Origin: Moraxellaceae bacterium UBA2477
GTDB lineage: Bacteria; Pseudomonadota; Gammaproteobacteria; Pseudomonadales; Moraxellaceae
Length of the DNA stretch: 64,000 bases
Direction of reading: 5' to 3'
Assembly: GCA_002342025.1 (NCBI GenBank)
Contig: DDPD01000071.1
Location: 744 to 64,743, forward strand
Position numbers and translations under genes: made by a program. Shown here in pieces: positions 22,272 to 31,964 of the stretch; position 1 is the first letter of the stretch, and every line of letters starts with the position of its first letter. The notes beneath the pieces were generated by a model. That model did not search any database. It saw nothing but the letters and a program-made list of their open reading frames with translations, and had not been told where the DNA came from.

Positions 22272-22952
22272 CTACTTCGCTGAATGATCAATGGTGGATT
22301 GTGGCTGCCACCCTAAGGTGGTCGTTGTCAATTTTCTTACGCGCCGCTTTAACGAAGGCATGTTTGGACAAATTGTTTCACGCTGCCACAGCTGCACACT
22401 CCACTCTGCCCCAAAGGGTAACCACTGCTGCCACGAGGCTGACCATTTTGTTGCCATAAAGCCGGGGAAAAGCGTAACCGATCGGGCATCTCCCCAGAAA
22501 CATTGGCGCAAGACCCAATCGTGCCCGTTACACAGTGGCATGCCAACTTGACACCAGCTATTAAGAACAGGTGATTCAACCCAAATCAGCACTCTGGCGG
22601 ACGGGCCTAGCGAGGCGCCAATTTGAGCAAGCACGTTAGGCATTTCAGCTGCATCAGCCGCACTTACTCGCCAAATGACAAGGTCAAGACTTGCAGGTTG
22701 AATGGGCCATGCTGTGGAATGAGCTAAAAAGGATTCGCTGAAACGATAGAAGTGAGGGAGACGTATAGTGTCCCTCATAAGCGGCTCGCCACTGAGCTCT
22801 ACCGCCCATAGGCCATGGCACTCTTTCATTAAATCACGCCAAGCAACAGACATTCTCGCCCGCGCGCGAAATGCTTGCTCTGGAGTCCAAGCCGTACGCG
22901 ACATCACACTGGGCAATAATTGAAGAGCAGTCATGACGGTATGTTCACACAA
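22272..22952 (-). CDS. Divergent YafS-like class I SAM-methyltransferase-fold protein
   Basis: Syntenic position between rnhA and gloB; [12 protein letters not shown] resembles the post-motif LPF..SVDLV; other motifs weak and start uncertain. Confidence 0.55.
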   Translation of the reverse strand: MCEHTVMTALQLLPSVMSRTAWTPEQAFRARARMSVAWRDLMKECHGLWAVELSGEPLMRDTIRLPHFYRFSESFLAHSTAWPIQPASLDLVIWRVSAADAAEMPNVLAQIGASLGPSARVLIWVESPVLNSWCQVGMPLCNGHDWVLRQCFWGDARSVTLFPGFMATKWSASWQQWLPFGAEWSVQLWQRETICPNMPSLKRRVRKLTTTTLGWQPQSTIDHSAK

Positions 22953-22990
22953 GTTCAGGCTATTATTGAGACTCCTTCGCTAGCTGTCAC

Positions 22991-23776
22991 GTGCTCATGC
23001 AAAGCCCCATCGCTATTTCGTCTTTTAACGACAATTACATCTGGTTAATTGTCACCGATCAAGGTTGCTGGGTCGTTGATCCTGGCGACGCTAAGCCCGT
23101 TATTGCATGGCTTGAGGCTCATCAACAGCAGATCGCCGGTGTTTTACTCACGCACCATCATGCCGATCATGTTGGCGGCGTTGAAGCTCTAGTGCAATTT
23201 GCGCACAGACGAAACCAAACCCTTACCGTGTGGGGCCCAGATGAGTGCCAGCGTTGGCGCAATCAGGTGGCAAAACCTGAGGATTTACTGCACATTTCAG
23301 GGCTTGGCAATGTAAGTGTGATCGATGTGTCCGCACATACCTTGGGCCATATTGCCTATTTCTTACCAGAACCAGCGTGGCTTTTTTGTGGCGATAGCTT
23401 ATTTAGTGCAGGTTGTGGACGCTTATTTGAAGGCACTCCGGTACAGCTATTTCACACACTACAGCGCATCAATAACTTACCCAGCCGAACACAAATATTC
23501 CCTGCTCATGAGTACACCGCGAAGAACTTAGCCTTTGCTCAACGCGTAGAGCCTACTAATGAATCCATTAAACAGGCCTATGGAGAAGTATCAAAATGGC
23601 GCGAACAGAATATACCGAGCTTGCCTACTACGCTTGAGCGTGAACGACGCATCAATCCTTTTTTGAGATTGCACAGCGTTGAGCTTAGAGCACAAGTGGC
23701 AGCTTATGCCGCAACTGCTTTTAACTCCGAAATTGAGACGCTAACGCTCCTCAGGCACTGGAAGGATCACAACTAA
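22991..23776 (+). CDS. gloB: Hydroxyacylglutathione hydrolase (glyoxalase II)
   Basis: FNDNYIW, VDPGDA, THHHADHVGG, HTLGH, FCGDSLFSAGCGRLFEG, HEYT, INPFLR. Confidence 0.96.
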   Translation: MLMQSPIAISSFNDNYIWLIVTDQGCWVVDPGDAKPVIAWLEAHQQQIAGVLLTHHHADHVGGVEALVQFAHRRNQTLTVWGPDECQRWRNQVAKPEDLLHISGLGNVSVIDVSAHTLGHIAYFLPEPAWLFCGDSLFSAGCGRLFEGTPVQLFHTLQRINNLPSRTQIFPAHEYTAKNLAFAQRVEPTNESIKQAYGEVSKWREQNIPSLPTTLERERRINPFLRLHSVELRAQVAAYAATAFNSEIETLTLLRHWKDHN

Positions 23777-23947
23777 TCTCTTGATTTGCTTCTGTTATAC
23801 GAAGCAACTTATTGATTCACGATAACTTTAGATACATTTACTTGCTTGCAAGGACAGGGCTGCACTGTCTACTATCGGCGAATTGTAATTTTTTGTTCGT
23901 GGTTTTTTCTTTTTTCATGCCACGATTTACTATCCTCGAGCACTTTT

Positions 23948-25483
23948 ATGCCACTAAGAACTATAACGAACTTCTTCGCCACACGAAGCATCTTAGTCGC
24001 GCAGAATCCTGCTTCTTTACTCTTACTTATTGCTCTTTTTACCAATGCATCGATTGTCCGAGCTGAAACCACGGCCGAAACTGTTACTTTAAGTAATGGT
24101 CAGGTGATTATCGTTAACCTCGCAGAGCCCGTTGAAAGCCCGCGAGTCTCCACTTCAAGCCAAACCGACACCAGCAACCATGATTTGATTCATCGTTTGC
24201 GCAAAGGCTTCGTCATGGATACGAATCTTTCGGAAGAAAGATTACAGCGGCAAAAAGGAATTCTTGTCGGTAAACAAGCCTATATTGACCGCATTTTAGA
24301 GCGCGCCCAACGCCATATGTTTCTTGCAGTGACCGAGGCTGAGCGCCGCCAAATTCCTACTGAGCTCGCCTTACTCCCGGTCATTGAAAGTGCCTACGAC
24401 CCCATGGCGACATCACGCTCTCAAGCCGCTGGCTTATGGCAGTTTATTCCCGATACCGGTCGCTTATATGGACTTGAGCAGTCTTGGTATTACGATGGTC
24501 GTCGTGACCCATTAGCATCGACAAAAGCTGCATATGATTACCTAGCTAAACTCAATTCGATTTTTAATAGCTGGGAGCTCGCCTTAGCCGCCTATAACGC
24601 CGGCCCCGGAACCGTGTCACGCGCTATCAAGCGCAATATCGCTCTTGGCCTGCCTACGGACTATTGGTCCTTAAAGCTGCCTGCAGAAACCATGGCATAT
24701 GTTCCTCGCTTCCTTGCCGTTGCAGCATTATTTAAATCTCCAGAAGACTTTAAAGTTCGCATGGCCTCTATTCCTAATCGTCCTTACTTTAGAACGATTA
24801 ACACCGCACGCCCTTTGACGCTTAACGACGTAGCTGAAGTCACTGGTCTATCACACACATTAGTTCGCGAACTTAACCCAGCGCTTCGCCGGGATAGCAA
24901 TCCGCCTCATGGCCCTTACTTTTGGCATGTGCCTGCCACGCTGGATGTCGCTTTAGAAAATCAGCTCATACAAACCTCTGGCGGCCCCCGAGTTTTGGTG
25001 GCTAAAAATGATATCAAGCCAGCCGATAACTTCCTTGCAACGCCTTATAAGCCAGACAGCGACTCCCCTGCTGCGCAACAAGTTAACTTTAGTTCCGAGC
25101 CAACGCGTTACATTGTGCAAGCCGGTGACACATGGATTTCTATTGCGCGCCAATTTGGCCTTTCAACGACCGCCGTCATGGCCGCGAACTTTGCCCAGCG
25201 TGATGACACTCTCAGTATTGGACGGGAGCTAAACCTGCCCACAACACGTCGCATTTCCGCTCAAAGCAATGACATCATTCAGGTAAGTGACTCAACCTCT
25301 GATGCCCGTATCGAGCTTCGTCGTCGTGTGGTCAAGGGAGATACCCTTTCCTCACTCGCCCGCCAGTACCAAGTCACTCTGGCCGAGCTACGCGCTTGGA
25401 ATGGCAGCATCCAAAATTTAAGCGTGGGTCAGGAATTAATCTTGCGTGTGCTTCCCAGTGTTTTAAACTCCAAGGCACTTTAA
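23948..25483 (+). CDS. mltD: Lytic murein transglycosylase D-like protein with two LysM domains
   Basis: LPVIESAYDP, AAGLWQF, AAYNAG, ETMAYVP; LysM repeats YIVQAGDT and VVKGDTLS; synteny after gloB. Confidence 0.88.
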   Translation: MPLRTITNFFATRSILVAQNPASLLLLIALFTNASIVRAETTAETVTLSNGQVIIVNLAEPVESPRVSTSSQTDTSNHDLIHRLRKGFVMDTNLSEERLQRQKGILVGKQAYIDRILERAQRHMFLAVTEAERRQIPTELALLPVIESAYDPMATSRSQAAGLWQFIPDTGRLYGLEQSWYYDGRRDPLASTKAAYDYLAKLNSIFNSWELALAAYNAGPGTVSRAIKRNIALGLPTDYWSLKLPAETMAYVPRFLAVAALFKSPEDFKVRMASIPNRPYFRTINTARPLTLNDVAEVTGLSHTLVRELNPALRRDSNPPHGPYFWHVPATLDVALENQLIQTSGGPRVLVAKNDIKPADNFLATPYKPDSDSPAAQQVNFSSEPTRYIVQAGDTWISIARQFGLSTTAVMAANFAQRDDTLSIGRELNLPTTRRISAQSNDIIQVSDSTSDARIELRRRVVKGDTLSSLARQYQVTLAELRAWNGSIQNLSVGQELILRVLPSVLNSKAL

Positions 25484-25498
25484 CGCAGGGAGTTTCAC

Positions 25499-27313
25499 GT
25501 GAGTCTGTGGCGGGTCTTAGGTTTCGGCCTGGTTTTGAGTTGCACGCTTTCCGCCGCAGGGTACAGTCAAGCTCGCATCGAGTTCAGCCATGCCTTGGCA
25601 CTTCATGGTCAGCCCGCACTTCCCTTAGGTTTTACTCATTTCCCCTTTGCTAACCCCTCTGCGCCCATCGGTGGTCATTTACGATTAGATTCCACCGGTA
25701 CGTTTGACAGCCTGAATCCATTCATAAGCAAGGGCATTGCCGCAGAAGGTATCAACCGGATTTATGACAGTCTAACGGTGGCCTCACCTGACGAGCCCTT
25801 TACGCGCTATGGGCTGTTGGCCGAGCGAATTGAGCGTGACCCAAAAGACGCCTCATGGGTGATTTATCAGCTTCGCCCTGAGGCTCGATTTAGCGATGGC
25901 CAGCCGGTCCGTGCAGCCGATGTCGTAGAGACCTTTAAGCTGATTCAAAGCCAAGGCGCACCTGCTTACAAAGCCTATTTTGCTGATATCAAACGCGTTC
26001 AAGCGCTCACCCCACTTCGAGTTCGCTTTGAGTTTCGTAGCAACACAAATCGGGAGCTACCGCTCATTGTGGGCGAGATGAGTATCCTGCCCAAGCATTA
26101 CTGGCAGAGTCGCGCTTTTGATAAGTCAAGCTTAGAGGCCCCTATCGGTAGCGGCCCATACACGGTTGCCAGTATTGATCCTGGTCGCCGAATTACCTAT
26201 GCCCGAAACCCAAACTACTGGGGCTGGAAGCTGCCCGTCAATCGCGGGTTGCATAACTTCAACAAGATTAGCTATCGCTACTACCGCGATGGCAGTGTCG
26301 CTTTTGAAGCCTTCAAAGCGGATCAGTACGATATTCGCCTTGAAAACAAAGCCAAAACCTGGGCAACAGAGTACAACTTTCCTGCCGTTCAAAACGGACG
26401 TGTCATCAAACTAGAGCAACACCATGAAAACCCCAGTGGCATGCAGGGTTTCCTTTTTAATACACGACGCTCCCCTCTCAACGACATTCGTGTACGTGAA
26501 GCCATCAACTTAGCGTTTGATTTCGAATGGTCTAATCGCGCCCTGTTCTATCAGGCCTATAAACGCACTCGTAGCTATTTTGATAACTCTGCACTGGCGG
26601 CTATAGGTATGCCTAGTCCGGCAGAAAAGCGGCTACTGAGGCCTTTCAAGAGTCAACTCCCGAGTCAGGTATTCGGGCCGGCTGTTATGCCTCCCCTCAG
26701 TCAAGGTGATGGTTACAATCGCGACAATCTTATCGCTGCACAAAAGCTGCTTAAGCAAGCAGGTTGGCAGGTTCAACAGGGCCAATTGATCAATGCCAAT
26801 GGTGAACCCCTGCGCATTGAAATGCTCCTCGTACAACCCGAATTTGAACGCATAACCCAGCCCTTTAAGCGCAATCTAGCGCGTCTGGGCATCACCTTAA
26901 ACATTCGTATTCTCGATGCTGCGCAATACGTTGAGCGGCTCCGTCAGTTTGACTTTGATATGACTGTGGGCGGCTTTCCTGCCTCTAGCTCTCCTGGTAA
27001 CGAACTGTGGAGCTTCTGGAGTAGCGCAGCCGCTTCAACACCGGGTAGCCGCAACCTAACGGGTCTAAAGTCTAGCGCGGTGGATGCTCTCATCGAACAA
27101 GTCACTCGAGCTCAGGATCGTACCGAGCTAGTCACTGCTGTTCGCGCGCTAGACCGGGTGCTACGTGCACAGCACCTCATGGTTCCTCACTACCATACGC
27201 CCGTCTTCCGCATTGCGGCATGGAATCGCTTTGGACGCCCTGCACGCCCGCCCCGTTTTGGCGATGGCCTAGATACCTGGTGGTTTAGCCGTCCTGACGC
27301 GGAGGCAAAATAA
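25499..27313 (+). CDS. yejA: Peptide ABC transporter solute-binding protein (YejA family)
   Basis: ANPSAPIGG, GTFDSLNPFI.KG, LPVNRG..NF, FDFEWSN. Confidence 0.88.
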   Translation: MSLWRVLGFGLVLSCTLSAAGYSQARIEFSHALALHGQPALPLGFTHFPFANPSAPIGGHLRLDSTGTFDSLNPFISKGIAAEGINRIYDSLTVASPDEPFTRYGLLAERIERDPKDASWVIYQLRPEARFSDGQPVRAADVVETFKLIQSQGAPAYKAYFADIKRVQALTPLRVRFEFRSNTNRELPLIVGEMSILPKHYWQSRAFDKSSLEAPIGSGPYTVASIDPGRRITYARNPNYWGWKLPVNRGLHNFNKISYRYYRDGSVAFEAFKADQYDIRLENKAKTWATEYNFPAVQNGRVIKLEQHHENPSGMQGFLFNTRRSPLNDIRVREAINLAFDFEWSNRALFYQAYKRTRSYFDNSALAAIGMPSPAEKRLLRPFKSQLPSQVFGPAVMPPLSQGDGYNRDNLIAAQKLLKQAGWQVQQGQLINANGEPLRIEMLLVQPEFERITQPFKRNLARLGITLNIRILDAAQYVERLRQFDFDMTVGGFPASSSPGNELWSFWSSAAASTPGSRNLTGLKSSAVDALIEQVTRAQDRTELVTAVRALDRVLRAQHLMVPHYHTPVFRIAAWNRFGRPARPPRFGDGLDTWWFSRPDAEAK

Positions 27314-28392
27314 TGCTCACTTATACCTTGCGACGCCTCGCGCTAATGGTGCCGACACTCTTTGGCATTTTGCTCATTAATTTTCTCATCATTCAGGCCG
27401 CGCCAGGTGGGCCGGTTGATCGCACTTTGGCGCATTTGCAGGGCATTGGCGCGAGCTCGGTCATGTCTAGCCAAGGCGATATTACTGTTTCGAGTAGCGC
27501 CTCTGGCCACGGCTATCGGGGCAGCCAGGGTTTGGACCCTGAGCTCATTGCAGCCATTGAAAAGCAATACGGTTTTGACCAGCCTCCGGCTCAGCGCTTC
27601 TGGAAAATGCTGAATGATTTCGCCCGCTTTGATTTGGGAAATAGCTTCTATCGCGATACATCAGTTATGGATCTAATTAAGGAGAAGTTGCCCGTATCAC
27701 TATCGCTCGGGCTGTGGAGCACTTTGCTTATTTATCTTATTGCGGTGCCTCTTGGCATTCGGAAAGCACGCTACCCCGGCAGCCGTTTTGATGTGTGGAC
27801 CAGCGGCATGATCATTGTGGCTTATGCCATTCCTGGCTTCCTGCTGGCCCTGCTGCTCATCATTCTTTTTGCCGGCGGGAGCTATTGGCAGTGGTTCCCC
27901 ATGCAAGGGCTGGTCTCCGAAAATTTCGCTTCCCTGTCGCCTTGGCAGCAAGTGCTCGACTATGCCCACCACATGGTATTGCCTACGATCTGCCTGACTT
28001 TAGGTGGTTTGGCGACATTGACATTATTTACCCGCAACAGCTTTCTGGAAGAGCTACAGAAGCAGTATGTCCTAACCGCACGAGCCAAGGGCGCCAGTGA
28101 GCAGCGCGTGCTTTTTGGCCATGTCTTTCGCAATGCCATGCTCATTCTCATCGCGGGCCTACCCGCCACCCTGTTTGGCATTTTGTTTACAGGGGCTTTC
28201 CTCATTGAGATTTTGTTCAATCTGGATGGCCTCGGGCTACTTAGCTATGAGTCCGTCATCAATCGCGACTACCCTGTCATTTTTGGCACCTTATTTTTGT
28301 TTACGCTGATGGGCATGTTGCTCAGATTACTGGGTGACCTCTGTTACCGCTGGGTGGATCCGCGCATTCATTTTGAACAGGTGACATCTTGA
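27313..28392 (+). CDS. yejB: Peptide ABC transporter permease YejB
   Basis: QAAPGGPV, YRGSQGLDPE, KQYVLTARAKG, RDYPVIFG. Confidence 0.92.
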   Translation: MLTYTLRRLALMVPTLFGILLINFLIIQAAPGGPVDRTLAHLQGIGASSVMSSQGDITVSSSASGHGYRGSQGLDPELIAAIEKQYGFDQPPAQRFWKMLNDFARFDLGNSFYRDTSVMDLIKEKLPVSLSLGLWSTLLIYLIAVPLGIRKARYPGSRFDVWTSGMIIVAYAIPGFLLALLLIILFAGGSYWQWFPMQGLVSENFASLSPWQQVLDYAHHMVLPTICLTLGGLATLTLFTRNSFLEELQKQYVLTARAKGASEQRVLFGHVFRNAMLILIAGLPATLFGILFTGAFLIEILFNLDGLGLLSYESVINRDYPVIFGTLFLFTLMGMLLRLLGDLCYRWVDPRIHFEQVTS

Positions 28393-29429
28393 AGCTTTCC
28401 TCATCGTGGTCTCCGCTGACCCAAAGACGATGGGCGCAGTTCCGTGCTAACCGCCGAGCCTGGTGGTCGCTAATCAGCCTAATCGTGATTTTTATCGCCA
28501 CCTTAGGGGCCGAGCTCGTCGCCAATGACAAACCCATTTTGGTTCGATACCAGAGTGAGTGGATTATTCCGCTGCTGGAGGATGTTCCCGAAAGTCATTT
28601 TGGCGGGGAATTTGAAACCACCACGGTGTATCGTGATCCTGCCGTGCAAGCACTCATTAATGAACAAGGCTGGATGCTCTGGCCCATGATTCGTTTCAAC
28701 GCCGACACCATCCACTTTGAACGCGCAGAACCTACACCCTCCGCACCGTCCTCGCAAAACTGGTTAGGCACAGACGATCAAGGTCGGGACGTGTTAGCAC
28801 GGCTTATTTACGGCATCCGTATTTCGCTCTGTTTTGCCGGCCTGCTCACGCTGGCAACAGTCATTTTAGGGGTAGGCACTGGCGCGATTCAGGGCTATTG
28901 GGGTGGCTGGGTAGACCTTTTCGGCCAGCGCATTATTGAAATTTGGTCCGGCCTGCCCGTGCTTTTCATGCTGATCATTTTATCCAGCGTGGTTGTGCCC
29001 AATTTTTGGTGGCTGCTCGGTCTCCTAGCCCTGTTTAGTTGGACCGACTTAAGCGGTCTGGTGCGTGCTGAGTTTCTCCGTACACGACAGCTAGACTATG
29101 TACGAGCCGCCCGCACACTCGGGGTTAAACCGTGGCTCTTAGTCTGGCGTCATGTCTTACCGAATGCGCTTGTCACGACGCTCACCCTGTTGCCTTTTAT
29201 TTTTACGGGCGCCATCGGGTTACTGACTTCGTTGGACTTCCTAGGCTTTGGTTTACCGCCCGGCTCAGCTTCCCTAGGCGAGCTCATTGCGCAAGGTAAA
29301 AACAACCTGCAGTCGCCGTGGCTGGGCTTAACGGCCTTCTTTTCACTCGCGGTACTCATGACCCTATTGGTCTTTATCGGGGAAGGTCTTCGTGATGCCT
29401 TTGACCCACGACAGGTCGCGTTGAAATGA
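28389..29429 (+). CDS. yejE: Peptide ABC transporter permease YejE
   Basis: AELVANDKP, WLGTDDQGRDVLARLIYG, SLDFLGFGLPPGS. Confidence 0.92.
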   Translation: MKLSSSWSPLTQRRWAQFRANRRAWWSLISLIVIFIATLGAELVANDKPILVRYQSEWIIPLLEDVPESHFGGEFETTTVYRDPAVQALINEQGWMLWPMIRFNADTIHFERAEPTPSAPSSQNWLGTDDQGRDVLARLIYGIRISLCFAGLLTLATVILGVGTGAIQGYWGGWVDLFGQRIIEIWSGLPVLFMLIILSSVVVPNFWWLLGLLALFSWTDLSGLVRAEFLRTRQLDYVRAARTLGVKPWLLVWRHVLPNALVTTLTLLPFIFTGAIGLLTSLDFLGFGLPPGSASLGELIAQGKNNLQSPWLGLTAFFSLAVLMTLLVFIGEGLRDAFDPRQVALK

Positions 29430-31036
29430 CCTCTTCGCTTCTACGCATTCAACAGCTCTCGATTACCAGCTCAGCGTCTGAGAAGTTGGTGCAAAAAGTG
29501 TCCTTAGATCTCAACGCAGGCGAGTGGTTGGCGCTAGTTGGTGAGTCAGGCTCGGGCAAAACACTCACTGGTTTAGCCTGCTTACGCTTACTGCCGGCTG
29601 GCCTCAAAAGTGAGGGTACGATTCACTGGCAGGGCCAAGACTTAGCTAGCCTTTCGTCTGAGCGCTTACGTCAGTTACGCGGTGGCGATATTGGCATGGT
29701 CTACCAAGAGCCCTTGACCGCACTAAACCCTTTGCATCGCATCGGCAAGCAGCTCATTGAGGCCATCACGCTACATCAATCCATCAGCCCTGCCCAAGCG
29801 ACACAGCGGGCGTTAAACCTGCTGGCCGAAGTAGGCATTGATGATGCCGCTCGACGCCTGGAAGCCTGGCCGCATGAGCTCTCCGGCGGCCAACGGCAGC
29901 GCGTAGTCATTGCCATGGCCTTAGCTAACTCGCCCAAGCTTTTGATTGCAGATGAGCCCACCACGGCTTTGGATGCGCTGCTTCAGAACCAGATACTGGA
30001 CTTGTTAAAGTCGCTACAAAAACGCCGTGGGCTTGCCATTCTTCACATTAGTCATGACTTGCCACAGGTTCAACGTTACGCCGATCGCGTCATGGTTATG
30101 CAAGCGGGCGAAGTGATTGAGGCCGATATAACCGAGCACGTGTTTCAGCAGCCCAAACACGACTACACCCGCGTCTTGCTGCAACCGTTTGCGAACAGCC
30201 AACCCTGCCCACGCCCCAAAGATGCCAAGGTGACGCTGAGCGTGAGCCAACTCAATGTGCGCTATGCCCTTGAAAAAACATGGTGGGGTGCGGTGTCTCA
30301 TTGGCGTGAAGCCGTCTGCTCATTAGGGCTTACCTTGGCTCAAGGCGAATCGGTGGGCATTGTGGGCGAGTCTGGCTCCGGTAAATCCAGCTTTGCGGCG
30401 GCCATTCTCAGACTTACTCCTGCCACTGGGCGCGTGGTGCTCTTGGGTCAGGATTGGCTGAAGCTGTCAGGCGAGTCGCTTCGACGGGGACGTGCTGAAT
30501 TGCAGCTGGTGTTTCAAGACCCCTATGGCAGTCTTAACCCCAGACTGACCGTAGCCGCCCTGATCAGCGAAGGGTTACGCGCACATCAGGCCTTAACGGA
30601 AGCGGCATTGGATGCTGCTGTCTGTAAGGCACTGACAGCGGTTAGACTCGACCCCCAGTGTCGTCAACGTTACCCACATGAATTCTCTGGCGGACAGCGC
30701 CAACGCATCGCGCTAGCACGTGCGCTGATTTTGGACCCTGCGGTCTTAGTGCTCGATGAACCTACCTCGGCCTTAGACCGCCATACCCAAGGCGAAATTC
30801 TTAGCCTACTCCGTGATATCCAGCGAGAGCGTGGCATTAGCTATTTGTTCATTAGCCATGATTTGCGCGTAGTTCAAGCGCTTTGCCACCGCGTCTTAGT
30901 GATGCAGGCGGGCAAAGTCGTCGAGTCAGGTGATTGCCAGCGAATTTTCCAAACGCCACAACACCCCTATACCAAGGCGTTGGTTTCTGCGATGAGCCTG
31001 ACTCTTTCGCCGCCACCGCTGCCCGTGCAGACCTAA
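29426..31036 (+). CDS. yejF: Peptide ABC transporter ATP-binding protein with duplicated ATPase domain (YejF)
   Basis: Two GESGSGK Walker A motifs, two SGGQRQR signatures, two DEPT motifs. Confidence 0.88.
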   Translation: MTSSLLRIQQLSITSSASEKLVQKVSLDLNAGEWLALVGESGSGKTLTGLACLRLLPAGLKSEGTIHWQGQDLASLSSERLRQLRGGDIGMVYQEPLTALNPLHRIGKQLIEAITLHQSISPAQATQRALNLLAEVGIDDAARRLEAWPHELSGGQRQRVVIAMALANSPKLLIADEPTTALDALLQNQILDLLKSLQKRRGLAILHISHDLPQVQRYADRVMVMQAGEVIEADITEHVFQQPKHDYTRVLLQPFANSQPCPRPKDAKVTLSVSQLNVRYALEKTWWGAVSHWREAVCSLGLTLAQGESVGIVGESGSGKSSFAAAILRLTPATGRVVLLGQDWLKLSGESLRRGRAELQLVFQDPYGSLNPRLTVAALISEGLRAHQALTEAALDAAVCKALTAVRLDPQCRQRYPHEFSGGQRQRIALARALILDPAVLVLDEPTSALDRHTQGEILSLLRDIQRERGISYLFISHDLRVVQALCHRVLVMQAGKVVESGDCQRIFQTPQHPYTKALVSAMSLTLSPPPLPVQT

Positions 31037-31095
31037 ATGCCACTATACTTTTTGCCACCGTTAAACGACTCAAATTCACCGAACAGGAGCCTGAT

Positions 31096-31887
31096 ATGGG
31101 CATGATGACCGGCAAGCGCGTTCTCATTGTGGGCGTCGCCAGCAAACTCTCAATTGCTTATGGCATTGCTGAGGCGATGCATCGTGAGGGTGCCGAACTC
31201 GCCTTTACTTATCAAAATGACAAGCTGAAAGGCCGCGTTGAAGGCTTTGCAGCGACCTTTGGCTCAACATTGACGTTTCCTTGCGATGTTGCCTCAGATG
31301 ATGAAATTAGCAGTGTCTTTAGCGCCCTAGCTGCACATTGGGATGGCCTCGATGTTCTCGTTCACTCGGTAGGTTACGCGCCAGGCCATGAGCTAGAAGG
31401 CAATTATGTGGACATCACCACGCGTGAAGGCTTCCGCATTGCGCATGACATTAGCTCATTTAGCTTTAGTGCCTTAGCACAAGCCGCTAAGCCGATGATG
31501 TTTGGACGCAGTGGCAGCTTGCTAACGCTCACCTATCAGGGCTCTGAGCGCGTCGTGCCTAACTACAATGTCATGGGTTTAGCTAAGGCCTCCTTGGAAG
31601 CCAATGTGCGCTACCTCGGTGCCAGCTTGGGTCCAGAGGGAATTCGCGTGAATGCCATCTCGGCAGGTCCGATTCGCACGCTGGCAGCCAGTGGCATTAA
31701 AGACTTCCGTAAAATGTTGTCCTATAACGAAGCCGCTACTCCGCTGCGTCGAAATGTCACCATCGAGGAAGTCGGCAATGCCGCAGCCTTCCTGTGCTCA
31801 GACTTAGCGTCTGGCATTAGCGGCGAAATTTTATACGTGGATGGTGGTTTCAATACCGTTGCAATGCCTGCACTAGACTCTGTCTAA
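31096..31887 (+). CDS. fabI: Enoyl-ACP reductase FabI
   Basis: [36 protein letters not shown]; AGGAG RBS before ATG at 31096. Confidence 0.97.
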   Translation: MGMMTGKRVLIVGVASKLSIAYGIAEAMHREGAELAFTYQNDKLKGRVEGFAATFGSTLTFPCDVASDDEISSVFSALAAHWDGLDVLVHSVGYAPGHELEGNYVDITTREGFRIAHDISSFSFSALAQAAKPMMFGRSGSLLTLTYQGSERVVPNYNVMGLAKASLEANVRYLGASLGPEGIRVNAISAGPIRTLAASGIKDFRKMLSYNEAATPLRRNVTIEEVGNAAAFLCSDLASGISGEILYVDGGFNTVAMPALDSV

Positions 31888-31902
31888 GCGTCTTGTTTTA
31901 GG

Positions 31903-31948
31903 CATTAAAAAGCCGCGCTACTCGAAAGAGTCGCGCGGCTTTTTAATG
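31903..31948. terminator. Bidirectional terminator between fabI and ppiD
   Basis: CATTAAAAAGCCGCG...CGCGGCTTTTTAATG. Confidence 0.9.
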
Positions 31949-31964
31949 AGCCAAATTCAAGGGT

